A stretch of DNA of 32,000 nt from Halogeometricum borinquense DSM 11551. Lineage in GTDB: Archaea > Halobacteriota > Halobacteria > Halobacteriales > Haloferacaceae. The position numbers and the translations under genes were made by a program. The notes beneath the pieces are model-generated. The model made no database searches and had not been told where the DNA came from. It saw nothing but the letters and a program-made list of their open reading frames with translations. Numbering within the stretch: the first letter of the stretch is position 1; each line of letters begins with the position of its first letter. The stretch is taken from the NCBI RefSeq assembly GCF_000172995.2, contig NC_014729.1, positions 300,001 through 332,000 of the forward strand, written 5' to 3'. Below, one piece after another: positions 1 through 11,111 of this stretch.

Positions 1-118
1 CGAGCACCGCAAGCACTCCGGAGTCATGGATGGAGGGACGTCGCACAGTTACCGGCTTGACCGAAGCAACAAACAGACACCGTTTTGACGTGATTCCGTT
101 GCGCCGTCGCGGGCCGAT

Positions 119-1177
119 TTACAGGTCGGCACCGACGGCTTCGTCGATGGAGTCGAACCCGTCGCGTTCGAGGAGCGTGAGGAGTCCTTCGTTGATGTCG
201 CGCGTGAGGGTCGGCCCCTCGAAGACGAGGCCAGTGTACAACTGGACGAGACTTGCCCCAGCACGAATCTTCGCGTACGCGTCTTCGGCCGAAGCAACGC
301 CGCCGACGCCGACGACCGGCACGTCGGTTCGTTCGGCGACGAAGCGGACCATCTCGGTGGCTCGTTCCTCGATGGGCGCACCGGAGAGGCCGCCGCGTTC
401 CGCACGATTCGGGTTCTGTAGTTCGGCGGGCCGGTCGGTGGTCGTGTTCGTAGCGACGACGCCGTCCAATCCGTACTCGTTGACAACGTCGAGGGCGTCT
501 TCGACGGCGGGGTCGGGTAAGTCCGGTGAGAGCTTCACCAAGAGGGGGTCGGCACCGGCGTCTACGAGTCCACCGAGGATGGCCTCCAACGAATCGCGGT
601 TCTGGAGGTCGCGGAAGCCCTCGCTGTTCGGACAGGAGACGTTGACCGCGACGTAGTCTGCGGCGTCTGCGACCTGTTCGTAGGTGTAGCGGTAGTCCGC
701 GGGCGCGTCCTCGGCGTCGGTGGACTCCGAGAGGGCGAGGTTGACGCCGACGGGAATGTCCGCTCTCGGCCCTGCGGCGAGACGCGCGCCGACAGCGTCA
801 GCACCCTCGTTATTCAACCCCATTCGGTTGATTATCGCGCCGTCTTCGGGGAGACGGAACATGCGCGGGCGGGCGTTGCCGTCCTGCGGTTCGGCCGTCA
901 CGCCGCCGACTTCGACGTGTCCGAAGCCGAGCGAACCCAACACGTCGGGTACCTCGGCGTTCTTGTCGAATCCGGCGGCGACACCGACTGGGTTGTCGAA
1001 CGAACAGCCGAACGCCTCAGTGTGAAGCCTGTCATCTTCGACTCGGTACCGCGTGGCGAGTGCATCCTCGATAGGCGTGTGTTGGACGGTTCGCAGTCCG
1101 TGATGAACGAGTCCGTGCGCCGTTTCTGGCGGGAGCGAAAACAGTGCTGGTTTGAGTATCCGATAGAGGAGGCGCAT
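119..1177 (-). CDS. pyrD: Dihydroorotate dehydrogenase (quinone), class 2
   Basis: The full-length ORF translation has the class-2 DHODH hallmarks: N-terminal 'MRLLYRILKPALFSLPPETAHGLV', 'GFGHVEVGGVT', 'NRMGLNNEG', 'VNVSCPN' and 'VGVGGVASAEDAYAKIRAGASLVQLYTGLVFEGP'. I place the start at the ATG at 1177. The ORF extends to an ATG at 1228, which would add 17 aa. Confidence 0.9.
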   Translation of the reverse strand: MRLLYRILKPALFSLPPETAHGLVHHGLRTVQHTPIEDALATRYRVEDDRLHTEAFGCSFDNPVGVAAGFDKNAEVPDVLGSLGFGHVEVGGVTAEPQDGNARPRMFRLPEDGAIINRMGLNNEGADAVGARLAAGPRADIPVGVNLALSESTDAEDAPADYRYTYEQVADAADYVAVNVSCPNSEGFRDLQNRDSLEAILGGLVDAGADPLLVKLSPDLPDPAVEDALDVVNEYGLDGVVATNTTTDRPAELQNPNRAERGGLSGAPIEERATEMVRFVAERTDVPVVGVGGVASAEDAYAKIRAGASLVQLYTGLVFEGPTLTRDINEGLLTLLERDGFDSIDEAVGADL

Positions 1178-1237
1178 AGGTGATGATCGCTGTGCAGTGT
1201 CTCTTTCGTCCGAGGCGAGTCGTTCCATCGGACGCCG

Positions 1238-1435
1238 TCAGAAGTCGTGTTCGACTTCGTCTGGATCAGCCTTCTGGATGATAATCTTGCCGTCCCGGAC
1301 TCGCACGAACACCTCGTCGCCGATTTCCATTCCGGCAACGGCGAGTTCGTCTTCGTGGAGGTTCACGTGGACATTATGGTACTCGCCGTTCTCGTCTTTC
1401 GCGCCACTCGGGCTGAGCTTCTTTTTCCGGACCAT
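1238..1435 (-). CDS. Small AbrB/SpoVT-type (swapped-hairpin) domain protein
   Basis: 65-aa ORF. 'ELAVAGMEIGDEVFVRVRDGKIIIQK' resembles the AbrB/MazE/SpoVT beta-barrel motif. It lies directly upstream of pyrD on the same strand. Confidence 0.55.
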   Translation of the reverse strand: MVRKKKLSPSGAKDENGEYHNVHVNLHEDELAVAGMEIGDEVFVRVRDGKIIIQKADPDEVEHDF

Positions 1436-1651
1436 CGGGGGTCTCTCTGTTCGATGCTTCGCCGTAGGATATACATAAGTGTTGTCTACCCGCTCCCCAC
1501 CTTATTAAAAAACAACGCTGATTTCCCCGATTGCGCTCGTTTTCGATCTCGGAATCTGCCGCTATTTATATACACCTCGCCGCCGCCCCCCGTTTTTCGC
1601 CGATATATTTATGGCGGACCATGTGTTCGGTTGCCATGGAGGTCAAAAATC
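1436..1651. promoter_or_regulatory. AT-rich divergent promoter region (AbrB-like gene / MC1 gene)
   Basis: Several TATA-like boxes: 'atatacataag' about 1470, 'ttattaaaaaa' about 1503, 'ctatttatatac' about 1562, 'gatatatttatgg' about 1602. A Shine-Dalgarno 'ggaggt' at about 1639-1644 lies 7 nt before the MC1 ATG and is complementary to the 16S 3' end found in this window. Confidence 0.45.
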
Positions 1652-1966
1652 ATGGTACGCGAGGACGGTAAACGGAACTTCGTACTACGTGAGGAGAATG
1701 GCACGGAGTCGAGTGTCTTCTCTGGAAGTATGCCCCGCCAAGCCGCCTTGAAGGCAGCTCGCCGTCTCGATCCGGTCGATTCGGAAGATAAGGCGCGAGA
1801 GCAAGCAACAGAGATTCGTCTCCGCGAGAAAGGCACCGACAAAGTACACATCTTCGACGCGTGGGCGTGGGTAGACGACGCGCCGGACGACAAGCCGGAC
1901 TGGATGGAGGGTGACATCACGAAGGGGAACGTCTCAAAGCAGGGGATCGAACACCTCGAAGAATAA
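1652..1966 (+). CDS. mc1: Chromosomal (non-histone) DNA-binding protein MC1
   Basis: 'MVREDGKRNFVLREENGTESSVFSGSMPRQAALKAARR...IRLREKGTDKVHIFDAWAWVDDAPDDKPDWM' matches the MC1 family pattern (NFVLRDE..G...FTGKQPRQAALKAA..., RLRERGTKKVHVF.AW....AP...P.WM) as I remember it. The track ORF (1247..1966) is an upstream read-through. The ATG at 1652 has an SD. Confidence 0.85.
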   Translation: MVREDGKRNFVLREENGTESSVFSGSMPRQAALKAARRLDPVDSEDKAREQATEIRLREKGTDKVHIFDAWAWVDDAPDDKPDWMEGDITKGNVSKQGIEHLEE

Positions 1967-2240
1967 ATTCGGGATTCCCTTCGGTTTTCTTCGCGTACGC
2001 GCGTACGGGAGCGACTTACGAGTCCGCATCCGACACGGCTTTGGCGGTCCCCCGGTGACAAGTACTTGCGCGGCTACCACCCGGTCCGACCCGACGCAAA
2101 ATGCGAGGAATGACTGACCGGCCTCCGACCGCGCGACATCTTACACGCTGAGCGACGCCGCTGTTTCTCGCCTTACACAGTGCCTCCCAAGCCTACTCCT
2201 CACGATGAGGGTATGAAATCGCATGACGAAGCGCCATCGG

Positions 2241-2282
2241 TTCGACGGCCTTTTATGTTCCCCTGCCATTCGTAGAAATACG
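2241..2282 (+). promoter_or_regulatory. Candidate rRNA operon promoter P1 (box 'cgacggcc-ttttatg')
   Basis: Shares the 'cgacgNNc + TTxxxxG' box with the two downstream copies. TATA-like 'ttttatg' at 2251-2257. Confidence 0.35.
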
Positions 2283-2390
2283 CGGGGCGCCCCGGGATAC
2301 TCCCGGAGCGCCACTCTCTCCGAACGCCCTTGACCCCACCGTCGCCCTCGTGCCACTGGGAGTGCATCGCACTCTCACGCCACGAACGAT

Positions 2391-2438
2391 ACGACGGGCT
2401 TAAGTGGTCAAGAACACTTCGGAAGAATGCGAACGACA
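2391..2438 (+). promoter_or_regulatory. Candidate rRNA operon promoter P2
   Basis: 'acgacgggcttaagtggtcaagaacacttcggaagaatgcgaacgaca' closely resembles the classical Halobacterium rRNA promoter/start-site element as I recall it (...cccttaagta...acttcgg.gaatgcgaacgacaa). Confidence 0.6.
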
Positions 2439-2516
2439 CACCGCGACCGCAGCACGGTTCAACCCCGTGCTGCACCTCGGACACACGGTCTCTTCGGAGG
2501 CCAACGAAACGCACAA

Positions 2517-2568
2517 ACCGACGCCCTTAAGGCGTCGAACGTGCTACAACCAAGTCCGAAGTCATGAG
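2517..2568 (+). promoter_or_regulatory. Candidate rRNA operon promoter P3 (box 'cgacgccc-ttaaggc')
   Basis: Third copy of the 'cgacgNNc-TTAAG' box, with TATA-like 'cttaagg' at 2526-2532. It sits about 40 nt upstream of the 16S processing helix. Confidence 0.35.
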
Positions 2569-2608
2569 GATTCCACCCCTGCGGTCCGCCGTACAGATGG
2601 GATCTGAT

Positions 2609-2667
2609 GTTAGCCTTGGTAGTTCGGTGCCACCCGTTCGGTGACACCGAGCACCACGAACGGACCA
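2609..2667 (+). other. 16S rRNA 5' processing-helix strand
   Basis: 'gttagccttggtagttc', 'ggtgcc(cac)ccgttcgg' and 'cgaacggacc' are complementary to 4250-4306 ('ggtccgttc', 'ccgaacgggcacc', 'gaactaccaaggctaac'). The 3-nt bulge is compatible with a bulge-helix-bulge endonuclease site. Confidence 0.65.
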
Positions 2668-2737
2668 CGCAATGATTGGTGATTCCCTCTCCCACGAGAG
2701 GAAATCCCGCCACCCTCCTGGCAACAGCCAGGAACCC

Positions 2738-4209
<1,472 letters not shown>

Positions 4210-4249
4210 AACGATCGGGACCAGGCCGACGCGCCTGGCCCACCTTACC

Positions 4250-4306
4250 GGTCCGTTCACACCGCTCAACCCGCCGAACGGGCACCCTAGAACTACCAAG
4301 GCTAAC
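4250..4306 (+). other. 16S rRNA 3' processing-helix strand
   Basis: Complement of 2609-2667 (see that feature). Confidence 0.65.
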
Positions 4307-4308
4307 AC

Positions 4309-4380
4309 GGGCCCATAGCTCAGCGGCAGAGCACCTCCTTTGCAAGGAGGAAGCCCTGGGTTCAAATCCCAGTGGGTCCA
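4309..4380 (+). tRNA. tRNA-Ala (anticodon TGC) in the 16S-23S spacer
   Basis: The cloverleaf folds by hand: acceptor gggccca/tgggtcc with the G3:U70 alanine identity pair, D stem gctc/gagc, anticodon stem cctcc/ggagg with loop tttgcaa, and T arm ctggg-ttcaaat-cccag. CCA is not encoded. Confidence 0.95.
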
Positions 4381-4531
4381 TACTCTCCGGGACTCAAACT
4401 CAATCCGTGCCCCTTAAGTGTGGGCAGGAACGAGACTGAATCCCGAAGACGAAACCGATGCACTATCCCGCGAGAGCGCGGATAGGAAGGGTTCGACGAA
4501 CGCTCCGGCAGCCACCGGACGTTCAATGACA

Positions 4532-4580
4532 ACCGTATGTACGCGTGCAATCCAGACGCCCACTGAACCCGTTCACCCGG
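4532..4580 (+). other. 23S rRNA 5' processing-helix strand
   Basis: 'accgtatgtacgcgtgcaatccagacgcc...ctgaacccgttcacccgg' is complementary to 7550-7597 ('cggatgaacgggttcag..gcgttaactggattgcacgcatacatacggt'). Confidence 0.65.
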
Positions 4581-4609
4581 GAACACGTGGACGTCCGAAA
4601 CAACTGTAA

Positions 4610-7525
<2,916 letters not shown>

Positions 7526-7549
7526 TTCATCGGACCAGTCCGCTGGTTT

Positions 7550-7597
7550 CGGATGAACGGGTTCAGGCGTTAACTGGATTGCACGCATACATACGGT
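7550..7597 (+). other. 23S rRNA 3' processing-helix strand
   Basis: Complement of 4532-4580. Confidence 0.65.
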
Positions 7598-7651
7598 ATC
7601 GAACCACCAACGACTGGTGTTTGAACGATGGTTCGATTCCATCGGTTGGCG

Positions 7652-7774
7652 TTAAGGCGGCCACAGCGGTGAGGCAACACCCGTACCCATCCCGAACACG
7701 GAAGTTAAGCTCGCCAGCGTGATAACAAGTACTGGAGTGTGCGAACCTCTGGAAACATTATCTCGCCGCCTCCT
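7652..7774 (+). rRNA. rrf: 5S ribosomal RNA
   Basis: 'ttaaggcggccacagcggtgaggcaacacccgtacccatcccgaacacggaagttaagc...gtactggagtg.gcgaacctctgg.a....tctcgccgcctcct' matches the haloarchaeal 5S pattern. Ends are +/-3 nt. Confidence 0.9.
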
Positions 7775-7786
7775 ACTCATACTACA

Positions 7787-7820
7787 ACGCCCACACGGGT
7801 CGGCCCGTGTGGGCGTTTTT
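7787..7820 (+). terminator. Perfect 13-bp hairpin followed by T5 after 5S rRNA
   Basis: 'acgcccacacggg' (7787-7799), loop 'tcgg', 'cccgtgtgggcgt' (7804-7816), then a T run through 7820. Confidence 0.7.
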
Positions 7821-7895
7821 CATTTCGAACGGACGCATAGACGCAGCGAGAGCCAGCGACAGCCATCTCACTCGATCACCGACGTCGAAGTCGCA

Positions 7896-7930
7896 GACCG
7901 CTAGGCTTAAGCGCAAGACACAACTACAGA
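7896..7930 (+). promoter_or_regulatory. Candidate promoter for tRNA-Cys (rRNA-promoter-like box)
   Basis: 'gaccgctaggcttaagcgcaagacaca' parallels the P2 box 'gacgggcttaagtggtcaagaaca'. The 'cttaag' lies about 30 nt before the mature tRNA 5' end. Confidence 0.4.
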
Positions 7931-7937
7931 AAACCGC

Positions 7938-8013
7938 GCCAAGGTGGCAGAGTTCGGCCTAACGCGTTCGCCTGCAGAGCGAATCTCCGCCGGTTCAAAT
8001 CCGGCCCTTGGCT
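7938..8013 (+). tRNA. tRNA-Cys (anticodon GCA)
   Basis: Acceptor gccaagg/ccttggc, anticodon stem ttcgc/gcgaa with loop ctGCAga, and T arm gccgg-ttcaaat-ccggc are all perfect. The D stem is weak by hand. A tRNA-Cys distal to 5S is typical of Halobacteria. Confidence 0.85.
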
Positions 8014-8201
8014 TTTCTATTCGAGCGAAACCATTTTGAGAGGTAGCTTCGGATTCGAACTCAAGGCAGATCTCGAGCTTCAAACCCGGGGTGTGACTTA
8101 CTTTTCGACGGTACGCGCGCGGGTACTGCCTTCGACGGGTACACCACTGACCGCCTGACGAAACGATAACCGTTATACGCCATCTATCCCTTGCTCGAAC
8201 T

Positions 8202-9059
8202 ATGCAACGACGCGCCGCGGCTATCTACGTCGCGCTCTTCATAGTCATCGGTGCGGCCTCGTACTCGCTCGTCGCAACGGCGGAAGCGCCGCACATTGAG
8301 TTCCAGAACCCGGCCTACGACCTTTCGAGCGGTGATTCGTTCGAGGTTGGATCACAGACGTACAGCGTGACAGAGATCACGGCCGAAGTCGAGTCCGGCG
8401 GCCACGGTGGCGGGAGCACACTGGTACGTTCCGGTGCGCTTCAGTACACGAACCAGTCCGCCCGGTACACCGAAACGTGGGAGAACAACTCGACGGTGAC
8501 CATCGACGACACCGAGTGGACCGTCCTCGTATCGGGCGAGGAGAACGAGACTGAGTTCACGCTCCGAGAGGACATCAACGAGACGACCATCCTGAAGCAA
8601 GACCCGAACGCCAGCAACGAGATGGTTACGCACAACGGGAAGCAACAGGTTGTTCTCCAGGAGAACGGCAGTGAACGACTCGTCCCGGCGAGCGAATACT
8701 TCCCCGAACCGCAGTCGCAAACGTACAGCGAAGGCAACACCTTCGAATACAACGGCAACGAAACGACTGTCGGGGCCGTGACGACCGAAGCAGTCGAAAT
8801 CTCGTGGACTGCACCGCGAACGAATTCCATCGACGTTGCCAATGAGGGGAACGTAACGCTTGGGGAGCAGAAGTACCTCGCTCACTTCCCAGACAACGAA
8901 ACGATGAAACTGACACAGGATTACGAGAGTTACCGCACACAGCAAGAGGAGATTGAGACCTTCCACACGCGCGAGAGCGGGCTGTGGGGTGTCAGCATCC
9001 TCTCGCTGTTGGCAATAGTCTTCCTCGTCGGATTCGCGTACATGCCCTCGCGGTACTGA
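8202..9059 (+). CDS. Bitopic membrane/surface protein, N-glycosylation-sequon rich (function unknown)
   Basis: 285-aa ORF with an N-terminal TM helix (AAIYVALFIVIGAASYSLVA) and a C-terminal TM helix (LWGVSILSLLAIVFLVGFAY). About 9 N-x-S/T sequons. TATA-like 'ttatac' lies 27 nt upstream of the ATG, so the gene is likely leaderless. Confidence 0.7.
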   Translation: MQRRAAAIYVALFIVIGAASYSLVATAEAPHIEFQNPAYDLSSGDSFEVGSQTYSVTEITAEVESGGHGGGSTLVRSGALQYTNQSARYTETWENNSTVTIDDTEWTVLVSGEENETEFTLREDINETTILKQDPNASNEMVTHNGKQQVVLQENGSERLVPASEYFPEPQSQTYSEGNTFEYNGNETTVGAVTTEAVEISWTAPRTNSIDVANEGNVTLGEQKYLAHFPDNETMKLTQDYESYRTQQEEIETFHTRESGLWGVSILSLLAIVFLVGFAYMPSRY

Positions 9060-9156
9060 AACACGCAGAATTCGACGCAGCAGGCTTCCGTTGGGCGTTC
9101 GATTCGCCCACGATACACGACCCATAACTATCTTTTGTCGTCTCGTTTCGACTGAT

Positions 9157-9225
9157 ATGTCTCGTTTCGAGTTGAGTCTCAGCAGCCAGTGGTCGGTGTT
9201 CGTCACGTGGGGGGTGTCGTCGTGA
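9157..9225 (+). CDS. Candidate 22-aa micro-ORF MSRFELSLSSQWSVFVTWGVSS (not in ORF track)
   Basis: Hand translation from the ATG at 9157 to the TGA at 9223-9225. The stop overlaps a GTG at 9222 (GTGA) that is in frame with the downstream B2-like ORF. There is no homology evidence, and a chance ORF is quite possible. Confidence 0.25.
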   Translation: MSRFELSLSSQWSVFVTWGVSS

Positions 9226-9692
9226 CTCGCCGAATCGGACATTCCGTCCCGTCTCAGCGGATTCTCGCGGTCGTCTCGGCGGCGCTGTTAGTCGTCGCAC
9301 ATCTCGGACTCGCCGTTGGGTGGTCGGTCGAACGCCTTCGGAGGGTTCTCTCGATGCTCGCTGGGGTGTTTCTCACGGTGGTATCGGGTAGTCGGACAGC
9401 GGATCGAACGTCGATACCAGATATCGGTCGGACGGTAGAGATGACAGCGCACGCCGCCCCGTGGCCGTTGGCCGGAAAACTCACCTGCCTCCGTGTTGCG
9501 CTCGTCGCGCACGTGCTGTACGAGCAGTTCGGCGTCGATGCCGACATTCGCTTCGGTGTGATGCGGAAATCGGGAGTATTCGAGGCGCACGCGTGGGTTG
9601 AATGCGACGGCGCCGTCGTTACCGGCGATGTGTCGAATCTGGATGCGTACGCCGTACTTGAGGGAAAACAGGGTGTACGTGCAGTTAGATAA
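9222..9692 (+). CDS. Lasso-peptide biosynthesis B2-like protein (Transglut_core3 / transglutaminase-like cysteine protease fold)
   Basis: 'CLRVALVAHVLYEQFGVDADIRFGV....GVFEAHAWVECDGAVVTGD' fits the B2/McjB C-terminal pattern: Cys, about 34 aa, H in 'AHAWVE', about 13 aa, D. The hydrophobic helical N-terminus resembles actinobacterial B2 proteins. The start is uncertain: GTG at 9222 is preferred, and the track ORF starts at GTG 9189. Confidence 0.65.
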   Translation: MTRRIGHSVPSQRILAVVSAALLVVAHLGLAVGWSVERLRRVLSMLAGVFLTVVSGSRTADRTSIPDIGRTVEMTAHAAPWPLAGKLTCLRVALVAHVLYEQFGVDADIRFGVMRKSGVFEAHAWVECDGAVVTGDVSNLDAYAVLEGKQGVRAVR

Positions 9693-9736
9693 CAGTTAGA
9701 ATGTGATCACGGTTTCGAGAAGGAGCGCTAACCGAG

Positions 9737-10003
9737 TCAGTTCGGAATCGGGTTGGTATTCGGTACTCGTTCGTCTTCAGAGAGGTGGTAGAGACGCTTT
9801 CGTGCGTCTTGGATGTAGAGTTTCTCTTTGACAATCCCCTCTTCTTCGAGTCTATCGAGCGCGTAGCGGACTGTTCGTGTGGGCAAGAGTGAGTGGTCAG
9901 CCAACTGTCGTTGCGTTAGCGGGCCGTCGTGTTCCAGAACCTTGTAGACGAGTTTCGAACTTGGTGGCATCTCCCGAAGACCATCCGGTACATCGCCAGT
10001 CAT
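9737..10003 (-). CDS. Small winged-helix (MarR/TrmB-like) transcription regulator
   Basis: 88 aa. 'SKLVYKVLEHDGPLTQRQLADHSLLPTRTVRYALDRLEEEGIVKEK' is a canonical wHTH recognition module. Confidence 0.75.
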   Translation of the reverse strand: MTGDVPDGLREMPPSSKLVYKVLEHDGPLTQRQLADHSLLPTRTVRYALDRLEEEGIVKEKLYIQDARKRLYHLSEDERVPNTNPIPN

Positions 10004-10234
10004 TATCTATTTTCACGACGGTGAGCGGGCCAAATCCTTCGGAGTTGTGCGGTCGGATCGCACGACCTTTCGCGTTCTTCTCGGCTTCCCGCTTCATCCG
10101 ACCGCTCAGTGTTCGAGGAATCGGCTGGCCAGTTGTAACAGCGTTCGGTGCGTGAAACTCGAATCGGGGTGAAACCCGGCGGATGGGGGCACAAGAGTGT
10201 CAGATAAAAGAGGCTGGCGTCCGTAACCCGTCGC

Positions 10235-10588
10235 GTGTCCGACCGTACCGACGACATCGACCAGACGCACTCGCACGACATTGACGATACGCCGTCCGTC
10301 ACTTGTTCGCGGTGCGACCGCGAGTGGGATCTCTCGTACGAACTTGACGATTTGGAGGTCGGGAATCAGTCCTTCGAGCAGTTTGCGCTCGATCATATGC
10401 GTCACACGGGTCACTTTCCGGATGGTATCTCACCGTGGATTGTCTCGTGCCGGCACTGTCCCGAGGGAGAGGAGTTCCTCGCTGCGAGTGCGGCGCAGCG
10501 GTGGGCGAAAACCCATGCCCGTCACACACGGCATTCGATTGAGGTCGCACACGCTGACGAAGAGACGACGGTCGTTTCGCCCGAGTGA
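10235..10588 (+). CDS. Small two-module Cys2/His-cluster zinc-binding protein
   Basis: 117 aa with a GTG start and TATA-like 'gataaaag' about 27 nt upstream. It has two repeated modules, 'CSRC...FALDHMRHTGH' and 'CRHC...WAKTHARHTRH'. The composition is acidic. Confidence 0.6.
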   Translation: MSDRTDDIDQTHSHDIDDTPSVTCSRCDREWDLSYELDDLEVGNQSFEQFALDHMRHTGHFPDGISPWIVSCRHCPEGEEFLAASAAQRWAKTHARHTRHSIEVAHADEETTVVSPE

Positions 10589-10667
10589 TCCGAGTGCCGA
10601 GACCCGCCGCTCGTACGCATGGGTTGCCTATTCCGGTGACTAATCGACCGGAGCAGTGCACACTAGG

Positions 10668-10685
10668 GGACAGTTGCAACTGTCC
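10668..10685. terminator. Perfect palindromic hairpin in a convergent intergenic region
   Basis: 'ggacagt-tgca-actgtcc' followed by 'ttctc'. It lies downstream of the zinc-protein gene. Confidence 0.4.
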
Positions 10686-10711
10686 TTCTCAGAGGTAGAG
10701 AGTAGTCGAAA

Positions 10712-10729
10712 TCTCCCGAGATCGGGAGA
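10712..10729. terminator. Hairpin immediately downstream of the aIF-1A stop
   Basis: 'tctcccg-agat-cgggaga'. On the minus strand it is followed by 'ttt'. Confidence 0.4.
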
Positions 10730-10735
10730 GAGACA

Positions 10736-11023
10736 TCAGTCGATGTGGCCTTCCGCGCGGAGTTGTTCTGCGTCCTGTTCGCTGTATCGCCATTCGATGT
10801 TCGCTTTCTCATCTTGCCAGTCCCACGGTTCGACGAGAACCACGTCGCCCTCGTTGATCCACGTGCGGTACTTCATGCGGCCGGGAATGCGGCCCATACG
10901 CTCTTTGCCGTCCTGACAGCGGACTCGAACGTGGTTTCCACCGTTATGTTGTGTCACTACCGCGAACAGTTCGTCGTCGCTGGGCATTCGGAGGTTCCGA
11001 CGCCCACTTGATTCTTCGCTCAT
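10736..11023 (-). CDS. eif1a: Translation initiation factor aIF-1A
   Basis: '[69 protein letters not shown]' is the S1-like OB fold of a/eIF1A. TATA 'tttaag' (minus-strand 'cttaaa') lies about 27 nt upstream of the ATG. Confidence 0.92.
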   Translation of the reverse strand: MSEESSGRRNLRMPSDDELFAVVTQHNGGNHVRVRCQDGKERMGRIPGRMKYRTWINEGDVVLVEPWDWQDEKANIEWRYSEQDAEQLRAEGHID

Positions 11024-11111
11024 GTGTGTACTACAAGCGTCGCACGTTTAAGCCATTGGTGATGCGTGTTCCCTCAGCGCACAGTCGTTTTCAACGACTC
11101 GATGAGTCCCA

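Noticed and set aside
1178-1228. Longer pyrD start (ATG at 1228, adding MERLASDERDTAQRSSP).
   Set aside because: Class-2 DHODH homology starts at 'MRLLYRILKP'. The extension cannot be excluded, because it would leave only 9 nt to the upstream gene, so it is recorded as an alternative.
1247-1651. N-terminal 135-aa extension of the MC1 ORF (the track gives 1247..1966).
   Set aside because: The extension runs through the AT-rich promoter region and antisense to the AbrB-like gene. The MC1 homology, an SD (ggaggt) and a TATA box all point to the ATG at 1652.
8030-8100. T-loop-like 'gagttcgaatccgaag' on the minus strand, a possible tRNA fragment or integration (att) scar next to tRNA-Cys.
   Set aside because: I could not fold a T stem, anticodon arm or acceptor stem around it. 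It does not repeat the 3' end of tRNA-Cys or tRNA-Ala. No integrase or second repeat copy was seen in the window.
9737-10003. The idea that the 88-aa wHTH protein is the missing PqqD-like RRE (B1) partner of the B2-like protease.
   Set aside because: Its sequence ('LVYKVLEHDGPLTQRQLA....RTVRYALDRLEEEGIV') looks like a standard MarR/TrmB DNA-binding wHTH rather than PqqD. It is also on the opposite strand, convergent with the B2-like gene.
10155-10200. 'cggggtgaaacccggcgg', which resembles the GGTGAAA core of cobalamin riboswitches.
   Set aside because: There is no downstream B12 box (GCCACTG-like), and the flanking genes (wHTH, zinc protein) are unrelated to B12. The similarity is too short to mean anything.
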